Positions 37,515 to 51,404 of a stretch of 64,000 nucleotides of DNA are shown here, one piece after another. Each line of letters begins with the position of its first letter. The first letter of the stretch is position 1. Under the pieces are notes generated by a model. The model made no database searches. It saw only the letters and a program-made list of their open reading frames with translations, and was not told the DNA's origin. Origin of the DNA: Mobula hypostoma (lineage: Eukaryota); the NCBI RefSeq assembly GCF_963921235.1, contig NC_086097.1, forward strand, positions 176,020,001-176,084,000. Reading direction: 5' to 3'. Position numbers and translations under genes: made by a program.

Positions 37515-40500
37515 TCTTGTGCGATTCTGTGGACGCAGTCCAGAGACCTGGATGGTAGTTTGCCTCCCTGGTGCCAGGGTCCGGGATATTTCTGATTGCG
37601 TCCAAGATATCCTGAAGTGGGAGGGTGAGGAGCCAGAGGTCGTGGTACATATAGGTACCAATGACATAGGTAGGAAAAGGGATGAGGTCCTGGAAGGAGA
37701 ATATAGGGAGCTAGGAAGGGAGTTGGGAAAAAGGACCACAAAGGTAGTAATCTCGGGATTACTGCCTGTGCCACGCGACAGTGAGAGTAGGAATGCGATG
37801 AGGTGGAGGATAAATGCGTGGCTGAGGGATTGGAGCAGGGGGCAGGGATTCAAGTTTTTGGATCATTGGGACCTCTTTTGGCGCAGGCGTGACCTGTACA
37901 AAAAGGACGGGTTACACTTGAATCCTAGGGGGACCAATATCCTGGCAGGGAGATTAGCGGGGGCTACTGAGGTGACTTTAAACTAGAATGGTTGGGGGGT
38001 GGGAATCAAATTAAAGAGGCTAGGCGTGAGGAGGTTTGTTCACAACAGAGGGATGGGAACCAGTGCAGAGAGACAGAGGGGTGTAAAGTGAGCGTAGAAG
38101 CAAAAAGTACAAAGGAGAAAAGTAAAAGTGACAGGCCGACAAATCCAGGGCAAGCATTAAAAAGGGCCACTTTTCAACATAATTGTATAAGGGCTAAGAG
38201 AGTTGTAAAAGAGCGCCTGAAGGCTTTATGTGTCAATGCAAGGAGCATTCGTAATAAGGTGGATGAATTGAAAGTGCAGATTGTTATTAATGATTATGAT
38301 ATAGTTGGGATCACATAGACATGGCTCCAGGGTGACCAGGGATGGGAGTTCAACGTTCAGGGATATTCAATATTCAGGAGGGATAGACATGAAGGAAGGG
38401 GAGGTGGGGTGGTGTTGCTGGTTAAAGAAGAGATTAACGCAATAGAAAGGAAGGACATAAGCCGGGAAGATGTGGAATCGATATGGGTAGAGCTGCGTAA
38501 CACTAAGGGGCAGAAGACGCTGGTGGGAGTTGTGTACAGGCCACCTAACAGTAGTAGTGAGGTCGGAGATGGTATTAAACAGGAAATTAGAAATGTGTGC
38601 AATAAAGGAACAACAGTTATAATGGGTGACTTCAATCTACATGTAGACTGGGTGAACCAAATTGGTAAAGGTGCTGAGGAAGAGGATTTCTTGGAATGTA
38701 TGCGGGATGGTTTTTTTGAACCAACATGTCGAGGAACCAACTAGAGAGCAGGCTATTCTGGACTGGGTTTTGAGCAATGATGAAGGGTTAATTAGCGATC
38801 TTGTCGTGAGAGGCCCCTTGGGTAAGAGTGACCATAATATGGTGGAATTCTTCATTAATATGGAGAGTGACATAGTTAACTCAGAAACAAAGGTTCTGAA
38901 CTTAAAGAGGGGTAACTTTGAAGGTATGAGACGTGAATTAGCTAAGATAGACTGGCAAATGACACTTAAAGGATTGACGGTGGATATGCAATGGCAAGTA
39001 TTTAAAGGTTGCATGGATGAATTACAACAATTATTCATCCCAGTTTGGCAAAAGAATAAATCAAGGAAGGTAGTGCACCCGTGGCTGACAAGAGAAATTA
39101 GGGATAGTATCAATTCCAAAGAAGTAGCATACAAATTAGCCAGAGAAAGTGGCTCACCTGAGGACTGGGAGAAATTCAGAGTTCAGCAGAGGAGGACAAA
39201 GGGCTTAATTAGGAAGGGGAAAAAAGATTATGAGAGAAAACTGGTGGGGAACATAAAAACGGACTGTAAAAGCTTTTATAGATATGTAAAAAGGAAAAGA
39301 CTGGTAAAGGCAAATGTAGGTCCCCTGCAGACAGAAACAGGTGAATTGATTATGGGGAGCAAGGACATGGCAGACCAATTGAATAATTACTTTGGTTCTG
39401 TCTTCACTAAGGAGGACATAAATAATCTTCCAGAAATAGTAAGGGACAGAGGGTCCAGTGAGATGGAGGAACTGAGTGAAATACATGTTAGTAGGGAAGT
39501 GGTGTTAGGTAAATTGAAGGGATTGAAGGCAGATAAATCCCCAGGGCCAGATGGTCTGCATCCTAGAGTGCTTAAGGAAGGAGCCCAAGAAATAGTGGAT
39601 GCATTAGTGATAATTTTTCAAAACTCGTTAGATTCTGGACTAGTTCCTGAGGATTGGAGGGTGGCTAATGTAACCCCACTTTTTAAAAAAGGAGGGAGAG
39701 AGAAACCAGGGAATTATAGACCGGTTAGCCTAACGTCGGTGGTGGGGAAACTGCTGGAGTCAGTTATCAAGGATGTGATAACAGCACATTTGGAAAGCGG
39801 TGAAATGATCGGACAAAGTCAGCATGGATTTGTGAAAGGAAAATCATGTCTGACGAATCTCACAGAATTTTTTGAGGATGTAACTAGTAGAGTGGATAGG
39901 GGAGAACCAGTGGATGTGGTATATTTGGATTTTCAAAAGGCTTTTGACAAGGTCCCACACAGGAGATTAGTGTGCAAACTTAAAGCACACGGTACTGGGG
40001 GTAAGGTATTGGTGTGGGTGGAGAATTGGTTAGCAGACCGGAAGCAAAGAGTGGGAATAAACGGGACCTTTTCAGAATGGCAGGCGGTGACTAGTGGGGT
40101 ACCGCAAGGCTCAGTGCTGGGACCCCAGTTGTTACAATATATATTAATGACTTGGATGAGGGAATTAAATGCAGCATCTCCAAGTTTGCGGATGACATGA
40201 AGCTGGGTGGCAGTGTTAGCAGTGAGGAGGATGCTAAGAGGATGCAGGGTGACTTGGATAGGTTGGGTGAGTGGGCAAATTCATGGCAGATGCAATTTAA
40301 TGTGGATAAATGTGAAGTTATCCACTTTGGTGGCAAAAATAGGAAAACAGATTATTATCTGAATGGTGGCCGATTAGGAAAAGGGGAGGTGCAATGAGAC
40401 CTGGGTGTCATTATACACCAGTCATTGAAAGTGGGCATGCAGATACAGCAGGCGGTGAAAAAGGCGAATGGTATGCTGGCATTTATAGCGAGAGGATTCG

Positions 40501-41130
40501 AGTACAGGAGCAGGGAGGTACTACTGCAGTTGTACAAGGCCTTGGTGAGACCACACCTGGAGTATTGTGTGCAGTTTTGGTCCCCTAATCTGAGGAAAGA
40601 CATCTTTGCCATAGAGGGAGTACAAAGAAGGTTCACCAGATTGATTCCTGGGATGGCAGGACTTTCATATGAAGAAAGACTGGATGAACTGGGCTTGTAC
40701 TCGTTGGAATTTAGAAGATTGAGGGGGGATCTGATTGAAACGTATAAGATCCTAAAGGGATTGGACAGGCTAGATGCAGGAAGATTGTTCCCGATGTTGG
40801 GGAAGTCCAGAACAAGGGGTCACAGTTTGAGGATAGAGGGGAAGCCTTTTAGGACCGAGATTAGGAAAAACTTCTTCACACAGAGAGTGGTGAATCTGTG
40901 GAATTCTCTGCCACAGGAAACTGTTGAGGCCAGTTCATTGGCTATGTTTAAGAGGGAGTTAGATATGGCCCTTGTGGCTACAGGGGTCAGGGGGTATGGA
41001 GGGAAGGCTGGGGCGGGGTTCTGAGTTGGATGATCAGCCATGATCATAATAAATGGCGGTGCAGGCTCGAAGGGCCGAAGGGCCTACTCCTGCACCTATT
41101 TTGTATGTTTCTATGTTTCTATGTTTCTAT
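37515..41130 (+). mobile_element. Young, nearly full-length CR1 LINE (ORF1 SGNH esterase; ORF2 EN-RT)
   Basis: HIGTND / DGLHLN esterase; NARSIRNK, GDFN, SDH; KSPGPDG, QGSVLGP, FADD; (TTTCTATG)n tail; few stops or frameshifts. Confidence 0.95.
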
Positions 41131-41479
41131 AATGCTGGAGAGTAGTCTGGTGCTAGAATTCAACATTTCTTTTTAATATTTATTCATATATTTCCAGATC
41201 TGGATGTTGCTGTCATGGACACCATTTATTGCCTATCCTTCAAAGAGTTGGTGATGAGCTGCCTTCTGGAACTGTTGCACTCATTCTGGTGAGAGTGAGT
41301 GAGTAATAGGAATTAAACCCAGCAACAACTGGTTTCCAAGTCATGGTATCATGACACAACCTTTGTCACACTGTTCACAAAACAGTGGCTTCTGAGTGGC
41401 AAAGAAGGGGTGGTGGTTATACCAATGGTCATCAGGTTGAGAAGGCTGGGAGCAAGTTCCTCTAAGTGAATATCATCTA

Positions 41480-42100
41480 ACACCTGTCCTGGTCCAACCA
41501 TGCAGACATCATAGCCAAGCAAGCATACTAGTGTCTCTGCTTGCTCAGAAGGATAAAGAAATTTGGCATGTTCCCTTTGACCCTCACCTATTTTTATCAA
41601 TGCACCATAGAAAGCAGCCTATCAGGATGTTTGACAGCTTCGTATGTCACCTGCTCTACCTGAGTCTGCAAGAAACTGTAGAGTTGTGGACACAGCTCAG
41701 CACATCATGGAAACCAGCTCCACCCCCCCCCCCACCCCTCCATGGACTCTGTCCTGTGTTTCTCGCTACCTCTGTAAAGCAAGCAGCATAATCAAAGACC
41801 TCCCACTCAAGACATTTGCTATTTTCTACTCTTCCATCAGACACAGGACACAAAAGCCTGAAAACACAAATGACCAGGCTCAAGGACAGCTCTATCCTAT
41901 AAGACTATTGTATCATCCTGTTGTGTGTTAAGATGAACTCTTGACCTCATATTTGACCTTATAATGGCCTTGCATCTTATTGTCTACTTCCATCGCACTG
42001 CCTCTGTAACGGTAACACCTAATTCTGCATTGTAATTGCTTTTCCCTTGTACTACCTCAATGTATTGATGTGATGAAATGATCTGTGTAGATGGCATGAT
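41480..42100 (+). mobile_element. Degenerate Rex1/Babar-like LINE 3' fragment
   Basis: RVVDTAQHI, KASSIIKD motifs; 3' UTR similar to 1250-1500. Confidence 0.6.
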
Positions 42101-42263
42101 GAGGAAATGAGAAGTTAATTGACATATCCTTAGCACTTTTGTACTGAATACATCCCAGGTTGCCTTATAGCCACTGATGTCTTGTCGAAGTATGGTGCCT
42201 TGTGTAGCATATGAACTGGAACAGCCAATCTGAGCACAGCCAGCTCTCACTCATTGCCCCATT

Positions 42264-45200
42264 CAATAGACAATAGGTGCAGGAGTAGGCCATTCAGCTC
42301 TTCGAGCCAGCACCGCCATTCGCTGTGATCATGGCTGATCATCCACAATCAGTATCCAGTTCCTGCCTTATCCCCATAACCTTTGATTCCGCTATCTTTA
42401 AGAGCTCTATCCATCTCTTTCTTGAGAGCATCCAAAGATTTGGCCTCCACTGCCTTCTGGGGCAGAGCATTCCACATATCCACCACTCTCTGGGTGAAAA
42501 AGTTTTTCCTCAACTCCGTTCTAAATGGCCTACCCCTTATTCTTAAACTGTGGCCTCTGGTTCCGGACTCACCCATCAGCGGGAACATGCTTCCTGCCTC
42601 CAGCGTGTCCAATCCCTTAATAATCTTATATGTTTCAATCAGATCCCCTCTCATCCTTCTAAATTCCAGTGTATACAAGCCCAGTCGCTCCAATCTTTCA
42701 ACATATGACAGTCCCACCATCCTGAGAATTAACCTTGTGAACCTACGCTGCACTCCCTCAATAGCAAGAATGTCCTTCCTCAAATTTGGAGACCAAAACT
42801 GCACACAACACTCCAGGTGTGGTCTCAGCAGGGCCCTGTACAGCTGCAGAAGGACCTCTTTGCTCCTATACTTAATTCCCCTTGTTATTTTCATGCTATT
42901 AGCTTTCTTCACTGCCTGCTGTACCTGCATGCTTGCTTTCAGTGACTGATGTACAAGCACACCTAGATATCGTTGTACTTACCCTTTTCCTAACTTGACT
43001 CCATTTAGATAATAATCTGCCTTCCTGTTCTTACCACCAAAGTGGATAACCTCACATTTATCCACATTAAACTGTATCTGCCATGCATCCGCCCACTCAC
43101 CCGGCCTGTCCAAGTCACCCTGCATTCTCATAACATCCTCCTCACATTTCACACTGCCACTCAGCTTTGTGTCATAAGACCATAAGACCGTAAGACAAAG
43201 GAGCAGAAGTAGGCCATTCGGCCCATTGAGTCTGCATTTTATCATGGGCTGATCCATTTTCCCCTATTTAGTCCCACTCCCCGGCCTTCTCACCATAACC
43301 TTTGATGCCCTGTCTACTCAGATACCTATCAATCTCTGCCTTAAATACACACAATGACTTGGCCTCCACTGCTGCCCGTGGCAACAAATTCCATAGATTC
43401 ACCACCCTCTGACTAAAAAAATTTCTTCGCCTTTCTGTTCTGAATGCGTGCCCTTCAATCCTTAAGTCATGCCCTCTCGTACTAGACTCCCTCATCATGG
43501 GAAACAACTTTGCCACATCCACTCTGTCCATGCCTTTTAACATTCGAAATGTTTCTATGAGGTCTCCCCTCATTCTTCTAAACTCCAAGGAATACAGTCC
43601 AAGAGCAGACAAATGTTCCTCATATGTTAACCCTCTCATTCCCGGAATCATTCTAGTGAATCTTCTCTGTACCCTCTCCAACGTCAGCACATCCTTTCTT
43701 AAATAAGGAGACCAAAACTGCGCACAGTACTCCAAGTGAGGTCTCACCAGCACCTTAAAGAGCCTCAACATCACATCCCTGCTCCTATACTCTAGTCCTC
43801 TAGAAATGAATGCCAACATTGCATTTGCCTTCTTCACTACTGACTCAACCTGGAGGTTAACTTTAAGGGTATCCTGTACGACAACTCCCAAGTCCCGTTG
43901 CATCTCAGAACTTTGAATTCTTTCCCCATTTTAATAATAGTCTGCCCATTTATTTTTTCTGCCAAAGTGCATAACCATACACTTTCCAACATTGTATTTC
44001 ATTTGCCACTTCTTTGCCCATTCTTCCAATCTATCCAAGTCTCTCTGCAGACTCTCCTTTTCCTCAGCACTACCGGCCCCTGCACCTATCTTTGTATTGC
44101 AGCAAACTTAGCCACAAAGCCATCTATTCCATAATCCAAATCGTTGATGTACAATGTAAAACGAAGTGGCCCCAACACTGATCCCTGTGGAACACCACTG
44201 GTAACCGGCAGCCAACCAGAATAGGATCCCTTTATTCCCACTCTCTGTTTCCTGCCAATCAGCCAACGCTGTATCCAAGTATGTAACTTTCCTGTAATTC
44301 CATGGGCTCTTATCTTGTTAAGGAGCCTCATGTGTGGCACCTTGTCAAAGGCCTTCTGAAAATCCAAATATACAACATCCACTGCATCTCCCTTGTCTAG
44401 CCTACTGGTAATTTCCTCAAAAAATTGTAATAGGTTTGTCAGGCAGGATTTTCCTTTAAGGAATCCATGGTGAGTTCTGCCTATCTTGTCATATGCCTCC
44501 AGGTACTCTGTAACCTCATCCTTGACAATCGACTCCAACAACCTCCAAACCACCGACGTCAAGCTAACAGGTCTATAATTTCCTTTTTGCTTCCTTGCCC
44601 CCTTCTTAAATAGCGGAGTGACATTTGCAATCTTCCAGTCCTCCGGAACCATGCCAGAATCTATCAACTTTTGAAAGATCATCGCTAATGCCTCCACAAT
44701 CTCCACAGCTACTTCCTTCAGAACACGTCATCTGCAAATTTGCTAATGTTACTTTTAATCCCTTCATCTAAATCATTAATGTATATTGTAAACAGCTGCG
44801 GTCCCAGCACTGAACCCTACGGTACCCCACTGGTTACCACCTGCCATTCGGAAAGGGACACGTTGATCACTACTCTTTGTTTCCTGTCAGCCAGCCAATT
44901 TTCAATCTATGTCAGTACTCTGTCCCCAATACCATGTGCCCTAATTTTGTCCACTAATCTCCTATGTGGGACTTTATCAAAGGCTTTCAGAAAGTCCAGG
45001 TACACTACATCCACTGGCTCTCCCTTGTCCATTTTCATAGTTACATCCTCAAAAAATTCCAGAAGATTAGTCAACACAATTTCCCCTTTGTAAATCCATG
45101 CTGACCTGGACCTATCCTGTTACTGCTATCCAGATGTGTCGTAATTTCAAATTTTATAATTGACTCCAGCATCTTTCCCACCACCGTCAGGCTAACCTGT

Positions 45201-46115
45201 CTATAATTCCCTGTTTTCTCTCTCCCTCCTTTCTTGAAAAGTGGGACAACATTAGCCACCCTCCAATCCACAGGAACTGACCCTGAATCTATAGAACATT
45301 GGAAAATGATTACCAATGCGTTCACGATTTCTAAAGCCACCTCCTTAAGTACCCTGGGATGCAGACCATCAGGTCCCAGGGACTTATCAGCCTTCAGACC
45401 CAACAGTCTATCCAACACCATTTCCTGCCTAATATAAATTTCCTTCAGTTCATCCATTACCCTAGGTTCTTTGGCCACTATTATATCTGGGAGATTGTTT
45501 GTGTCTTCCCTAGTGAAGATGGATCCAAAGTACCTGTTCAACTCGTCTGCCATTTCCTTGTTCCCCATAATAAATTCACCTGTTTCTTCTTCAAGGGCCC
45601 AATTTTGGTCTTAACTTTTTTTTCCTTTTCACATACCTTAAGAAGCTTTTACTATCCTCCTTTATATTCTTGGCTAGTTTACCTTCGTACCTCATTTTTT
45701 CTCCACGTATTGCCTTCTTAGTTATCTTCTGTTGCTTTTTAAAAGTTTCCCAAACCTCCAGCTTCCCACTCATTTTTGCTATGTTATACTTCTTCTCTTT
45801 TATTTTTATACTGTCCTTTACTTCCCTTGTCAGCCACGGCCTCCCCTTACTCCCCTTAGGATCTTTCTTCCTCTTTGGAATGAACTGATCCTGCACCTTT
45901 TGCATTACTCCCAGAAATACCTGCCATTGTTGTTCCACTGTCATCCCTGCTAGGGTACTGTTCCATTGAACTTTGGCCAGCTCCTCCCTCATAGCACCAT
46001 AGTTCCCTTTGTTCAACCGTAATACTGACACTTCCGATTTTCCCTTCTCCCTCTCAAATTGTAGATTAAAACTTATCATATTATGGTCACTCTGTCCTAA
46101 TGGCTCCTTTACCTC
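42264..46115 (-). mobile_element. CR1 LINE (EN C-terminus to 3' end), interrupted by another CR1
   Basis: RT motifs in ORFs 45591-46079, 45071-45568 and 42349-42960; (TCTATTG)n tail. Confidence 0.9.
43176..44726 (-). mobile_element. 5'-truncated CR1 LINE nested in the host CR1
   Basis: RT ORFs 44086-44706 and 43268-43903; (CTTATGGT)n tail; GTCAT duplicated at 43171-43175 and 44727-44731. Confidence 0.9.
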
Positions 46116-46657
46116 TTATGCCTTGCTCTCTGTGGAAGAAAGACCACCCTGGAGATAAGTGGCGAACTTTGCAGCTCTTAACAAGAGCACAAGGAGACAC
46201 AAAACACCATTGTTGTGGTTAGTGGGTGGAGGTAGTTGTCTCTTTCACTTGTTCTCTGTGTTCGACCTCTTGGTGGGATAAAGCTTGTCAGCACTTACAA
46301 TGCAACACAAGCACAGAATCTTGGGAAATAACTGGGCAAAAGTGACAACAGAAGTAATATAAATACAGGCACTACAAGAAATATAACACAGCCTATTTTA
46401 AGAAAGAAGCAAGGATTACACAACATAAAATAAGGCACAAAATATGCAAAATACTGACCTTTGTAACTCACTCAGTCTTTCACTGTTTCAGCTGTAAGTC
46501 ACACACATTTCACAACGACTCTGACATTGAATGTAAGCTAGTACTGAAGGAGCTATTCTCATCTGCATAGCTAATCATCACTGCCTGGAGTTCCCTTACA
46601 AGTTGGACTTTTAACTTAAATATTTCTAACAAGTACAGCTCTCCTTCACCTTTGACG

Positions 46658-49600
46658 ACATAGAACATAGAACATAGAATAGTACAGCGCAGTACTGGCC
46701 CTTCGGCCCACAATGTTGTGCCGACCCTCAAACCCTGCCTCCCATATAAGTCCCCAACTTAAACTCCTCCACATACCTGTCTAGTAGTCTCTTAAACTTC
46801 ACTAGTGTATCTGCCTCCACCACTGACTCAGGCAGTGCATTCCACGCACCAACCACTCTCTGAGTAAAAAACCTTCCTCTAATATCCCCCTTGAACTTCC
46901 CACCCCTTACCTTAAAGCCATGTCCTCTTGTATTGAGCAGTGGTGCCCTGGGGAAGAGGCGCTGGCTATCCACTCTATTTATTCCTCTTATTATCTTGTA
47001 CACCTCTATCAAGTCTCCTCTCATCCTCCTTCTCTCCAAAGAGAATAAAGCCCTAGCTCCCTTAATCTCTGATCATAATGCATACTTTCTAAACCAGGCA
47101 GCATCTTGGTAAATCTCCTCTGTACCCTTTCCAATGCTTCCACATCCTTCCTATAGTGAGGTGACCAGAACTGGACACAGTACTCCAAGTGTGGCCTAAC
47201 CAGAGTTTTATAGAGCTGCATCATTACATCGCAACTCTTAAACTCTATCCCTCGACTTATGAAAGCTAACACCCCATAAGCTTTCTTAACTACCCTATCC
47301 ACCTGTGAGGCAACTTTCAGGGATCTGTGGACATGTACCCCGAGATCCCTCTGCTCCTCCACACTACCAAGAATCCTGCCATTTACTTTGTATTCTGCCT
47401 TGGAGTTTGTCCTTCCAAAGTGTATCACCTCACACTTCTCCGGGTTGAACTCTATCCGCCACTTCTCAGCCCACTTCTGCATCCTATCAATGTCTCTCTG
47501 CAATCTTTGACAATCCTCTACACTATCTACAACACCACCAACCTTTGTGTCGTCTGCAAACTTGCCAACCCACCCTTCTACCCCCACATCCAGGTCGTTA
47601 ATAAAAATCACGAAAAGTAGAGGTCCCAGAACAGATCCTTGTGGAACACCACTAGTCACAATCCTCCAATCTGAATGTAGTCCCTCCACCACCACCCTCT
47701 GACTTCTGCAGGCAAGCCAATTCTGAATCCACCTGGCCAAATTTCTCTGGATCCCATGCCTTCTAACTTTCTGAATAAGCCTACCATGTGGAACCTTGTC
47801 AAATGCCTTACTAAAATCCATATAGATCACATCCACTGCACTACCCTCATCTATATGCCTGGTCACCTCCTCAAAGAACTCTATCAGGCTTGTTAGACAT
47901 GAGCTGCCCTTCACAAAGCCATGCTGACTGTCCCTGATCAGACCATGATTCTCTAAATGCCCATAGATCCTATCTCTAAGAATCTTTTCCAACAGCTTTT
48001 CCACCACAGACGTAAGGCTCACTGGTCTATAATTACCCGGACTATCCCTACTACCTTTTCTGAACAAGGGGACAACATTCGCCTCCCTCCAATCCTCCGG
48101 TACCATTCCCGTGGACAACGAGGACATAAAGATCCTAGCCAGAGGCTCAGCAATCTCTTCTCTCACCTCGTGGAGCAGCCTGGGGAATATTCCGTTAGGC
48201 CCCGGGGACTTATCCGTCCTTATGTATTTTAACAACTCCAACACCTCCTCTCCCTTAATATCAACATGCTCCAGAACATCAATCTCACTCATATTGTCCT
48301 CACCATCATCAAGTTCCCTCTCATTGGTGAATACCGAACAGAAGTATTCATTGAGGACCTCGCTCACTTCCACAGCCTCCAGGCAGATCTTCCCACCTTT
48401 ATCTCTAATCGGTCCTACCTTCACTCCTGTCATCCTTTTTTTCTTCACATAATTGAAGAATGCCTTGGGGTTTTCCTTTACCCTACTCGCCAAGGCCTTC
48501 TCATGCCCCCTACTTGCTCTTCTCAGCCCCTTCTTAAGCTCCTTTCTTGCTTCCCTATATTCCTCAATAGACCCATCTGATCCTTGCTTCCTAAACCTCA
48601 TGTATGCTGCCTTCTTCCACCTGACTAGATTTTCCACCTCACTTGTCACCATGGTTCCTTCAACCTACCATTCTTTATCTTCCTCACCGGGACAAATTTA
48701 TCCCTAACATCCCGCAAGAGATCACTAAACATCGACCACATGTCCATAGTACATTTCCCTGCAAAAACATCATCCCAATTCACACCCGCAAGTTCTAGCC
48801 TTATAGCCTCATAATTTGCCTTTCCCCAATTAAAAATGTTCCTGTCCTCTCTGATTCTATCCTAAAAGCTAGGGAGCGGTGGTCACTGTCCCCCAGATGC
48901 TCACCCACTGAGAGATCTGTGACCTGACCCAGTTCATTACCTAGTACTAGATCTAGTATGGCATTCCCCCTGGTCGGCCTGTCCACATACTGTGACAGGA
49001 ATCCATCCTGGACACACTTAACAAACTCTGCCCCATCTAAACCCTTGGAACTAATCAGGTGCCAATCAATATTAGGGAAGTTAAAGTCACCCATGATAAC
49101 AACCGTGTTATTTTTGCACCTTTCCAAAATCTGCCTCCCAATCTGCTCCTCTGTATCTCTGCTGCTACCAGGGGGCCTATAGAATACCCCCAATAGAGTA
49201 ACTGCTCCCTTCCTGTTCCTGACTTCCACCCATATTGACCCAAAAGAGGATCCTGCTACATTACCCACCCTTTCTGTAGCTGTAATAGTATCCCTGACCA
49301 GTAATGCTACCCTTCCTCCCCTTTTCCCGCCCTCTCTATTCCTTTTAAAGCACTGAAATCCAGGAATATTGAGAATCCATTCCTGCCCTGGTGCCAGCCA
49401 AGTCTCTGTAATGGCCACTACATCATAATTCCATGTATGTATCCAAGCTCTCAGTTCATCACCTTTGTTCCTAATGCTTCTTGCATTGAGGTACATACAT
49501 TTCAGCCCTTCTACCTTACTGTCTTTACACCGTTTATTCTGCTTCTCTTTCCTCAAAGCCTCTCTGTATGTTAGATCTGGCTTTACTCCATGCATTTCTT

Positions 49601-49780
49601 TCAGTGCTCTGTCACTCTGGGTCCCATCCCCCTCACAAATTAGTTTAAACCCTCCCGAATCATGCTAGCAAACCTACCTGCAAGGATATTGCTCCCCCTT
49701 GAGTTCAGGTGCAACCCATCCAATCTGTACAGGTCCCACCTTCCCCAGAAGAGATCCCAATGATCTGAAAATCTAAAACC
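46658..49780 (-). mobile_element. CR1 LINE, near full-length ORF2 plus ORF1 end (third family)
   Basis: EN ORF 48801-49595 (NARSIRNK, ITETW, GDFN, SDH); RT ORF 47021-48652 (FADD); (TTCTATG)n tail. Confidence 0.93.
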
Positions 49781-49990
49781 TTGAACATAGTTGGTGAGGT
49801 CCATTTTGGAGTACCTTGTTCACTTTTGTTCATTCTTCTACAGGAAAGATGCTGGAAATATTGCAGAACAGATTTATAAGGATGTTGCCAGTGGTCAAGG
49901 GACTCAGTTGTAGAGAGAGGTTGGGCACTGGATTGTAGGAGATTAAGGGTTAATCTTATAAAGGTATATAAAATCATAAGGGACATAGAT

Positions 49991-50530
49991 TGTGTACAGT
50001 TTTGGTCACCGAATTATAGGAAAGATGTCAATAAAATTGAGAGAGTAGAGAGGAGATTTACTAAAATGTTGCCTGGGTTTCATCTCCTAAGTTACAGAGA
50101 AAGGTTGAACAAGTTAGTTCTTTATTCTATGGAGCGTAGAAGTATGAGTGGGGACTTGATAGAGGTATTTAAAATTATGAGGGGGATTGATAGAGTTGAC
50201 GTGGATAGGCTTTTTCCATTGAGAGTGGGGGAGATTCAAATAAGAGGACATGGGTTGAGAGTTAAAGGGCAAAAGTTTAGGGGTAACATGAGGGGGAACT
50301 TCTTTACTCAGAGAGTGGTAGCTGTGTGGAACGAGCTTCTAGCAGAAGTGGTTGAGGCAGGTTCGATGTTTTCATTTAAAGTTAAATTGGATAGATATAT
50401 GGAGAGGAAAGGAATGGAGGGTTATGGGCTGAGTGCAGGTCGGTGGGACTAGGTGAGAGTAAGAGTTCAGCACAGGCTAGAAGGGCCAAGATGGCCTGTT
50501 TCCTTGCTGTAATTGTTATATGGTTATATA
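49991..50530 (+). mobile_element. CR1 3' fragment nested in an older CR1 fragment
   Basis: ORF 50066-50452 C-terminal motifs; ATAGAT duplicated at both junctions. Confidence 0.8.
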
Positions 50531-50547
50531 GATAGGGTCAATGAGCA

Positions 50548-50761
50548 AACAAGAGAAAATCTGCAGATGCTGGATATCCAAGCAACATGCACAAAATGCT
50601 GGAGGAACTCAGCAAGCCAGGCAGCATCTCTGGAAAAGAGTACAGTCAACATTTTGGGCTGAGACCCTCCAGCAGGATTCTTGGCCAGAAACGTCGACTG
50701 TACTCTTTTCCGTAGATGCTTTGTGGCCTGCTGAGTTCCTCCAGCATTTTGTGTGTGTTGC
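50548..50761. mobile_element. Palindromic Penelope-derived mini-element with 15-bp TSD
   Basis: Two inverted pLTR arms; TAGGGTCAATGAGCA duplicated perfectly at 50533-50547 and 50762-50776. Confidence 0.88.
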
Positions 50762-51404
50762 TAGGGTCAATGAGCACAGTCTTCTTCTCTGGGTTGAGGG
50801 ATTAAGAACAAGAGGGCATAAGGTTTATAGTGAGAGGGGAGAGATATAATCAGAAGCTGAAGGGCAATATTTCCAACGCTATCGGGACTGGAGGGCTTGA
50901 GTTCTAAGGAGAGGCTGGATTAGCTGGGACTGTTTTCCCTGGAGCAAAGAAGGCTGAAGAGTGGCCTTAAGGAGGTTTAAAAAATCATGATGGGCTTAAA
51001 TTATTGAATGGTCAGTCTTTTTCCCAGCATAGGGATATCTAAGACTAGAGGACACAGGTTTAAGGTGAGGCATGAAAAATTTAAAGGTGACCTAAGGGGC
51101 AACTTTTTCATATAGAGTATAGTGGGTAGATGGAATGAGTTGTCATAGGAGGTGGTAGAATTGGGTGTAGATACAATGTTTAAAGAACATTTGGATAGGA
51201 TAGTGGAAAGGAAATATTCAGAGGCTTTGAGGTAAATACAGGCAAAGGAGACTAGCTCAGGAGGCACCTCAACGTAGACAAGTTGGGCTAAGATCCTGAT
51301 CCAACAGAACTGATCAGTATGCGATTCTCCTGTGGCAAGCTTGTCACACAATACCTCCCCGTATTCCCACCACACCCCCACCACTCTTATAGAAATAAGG
51401 CTAA

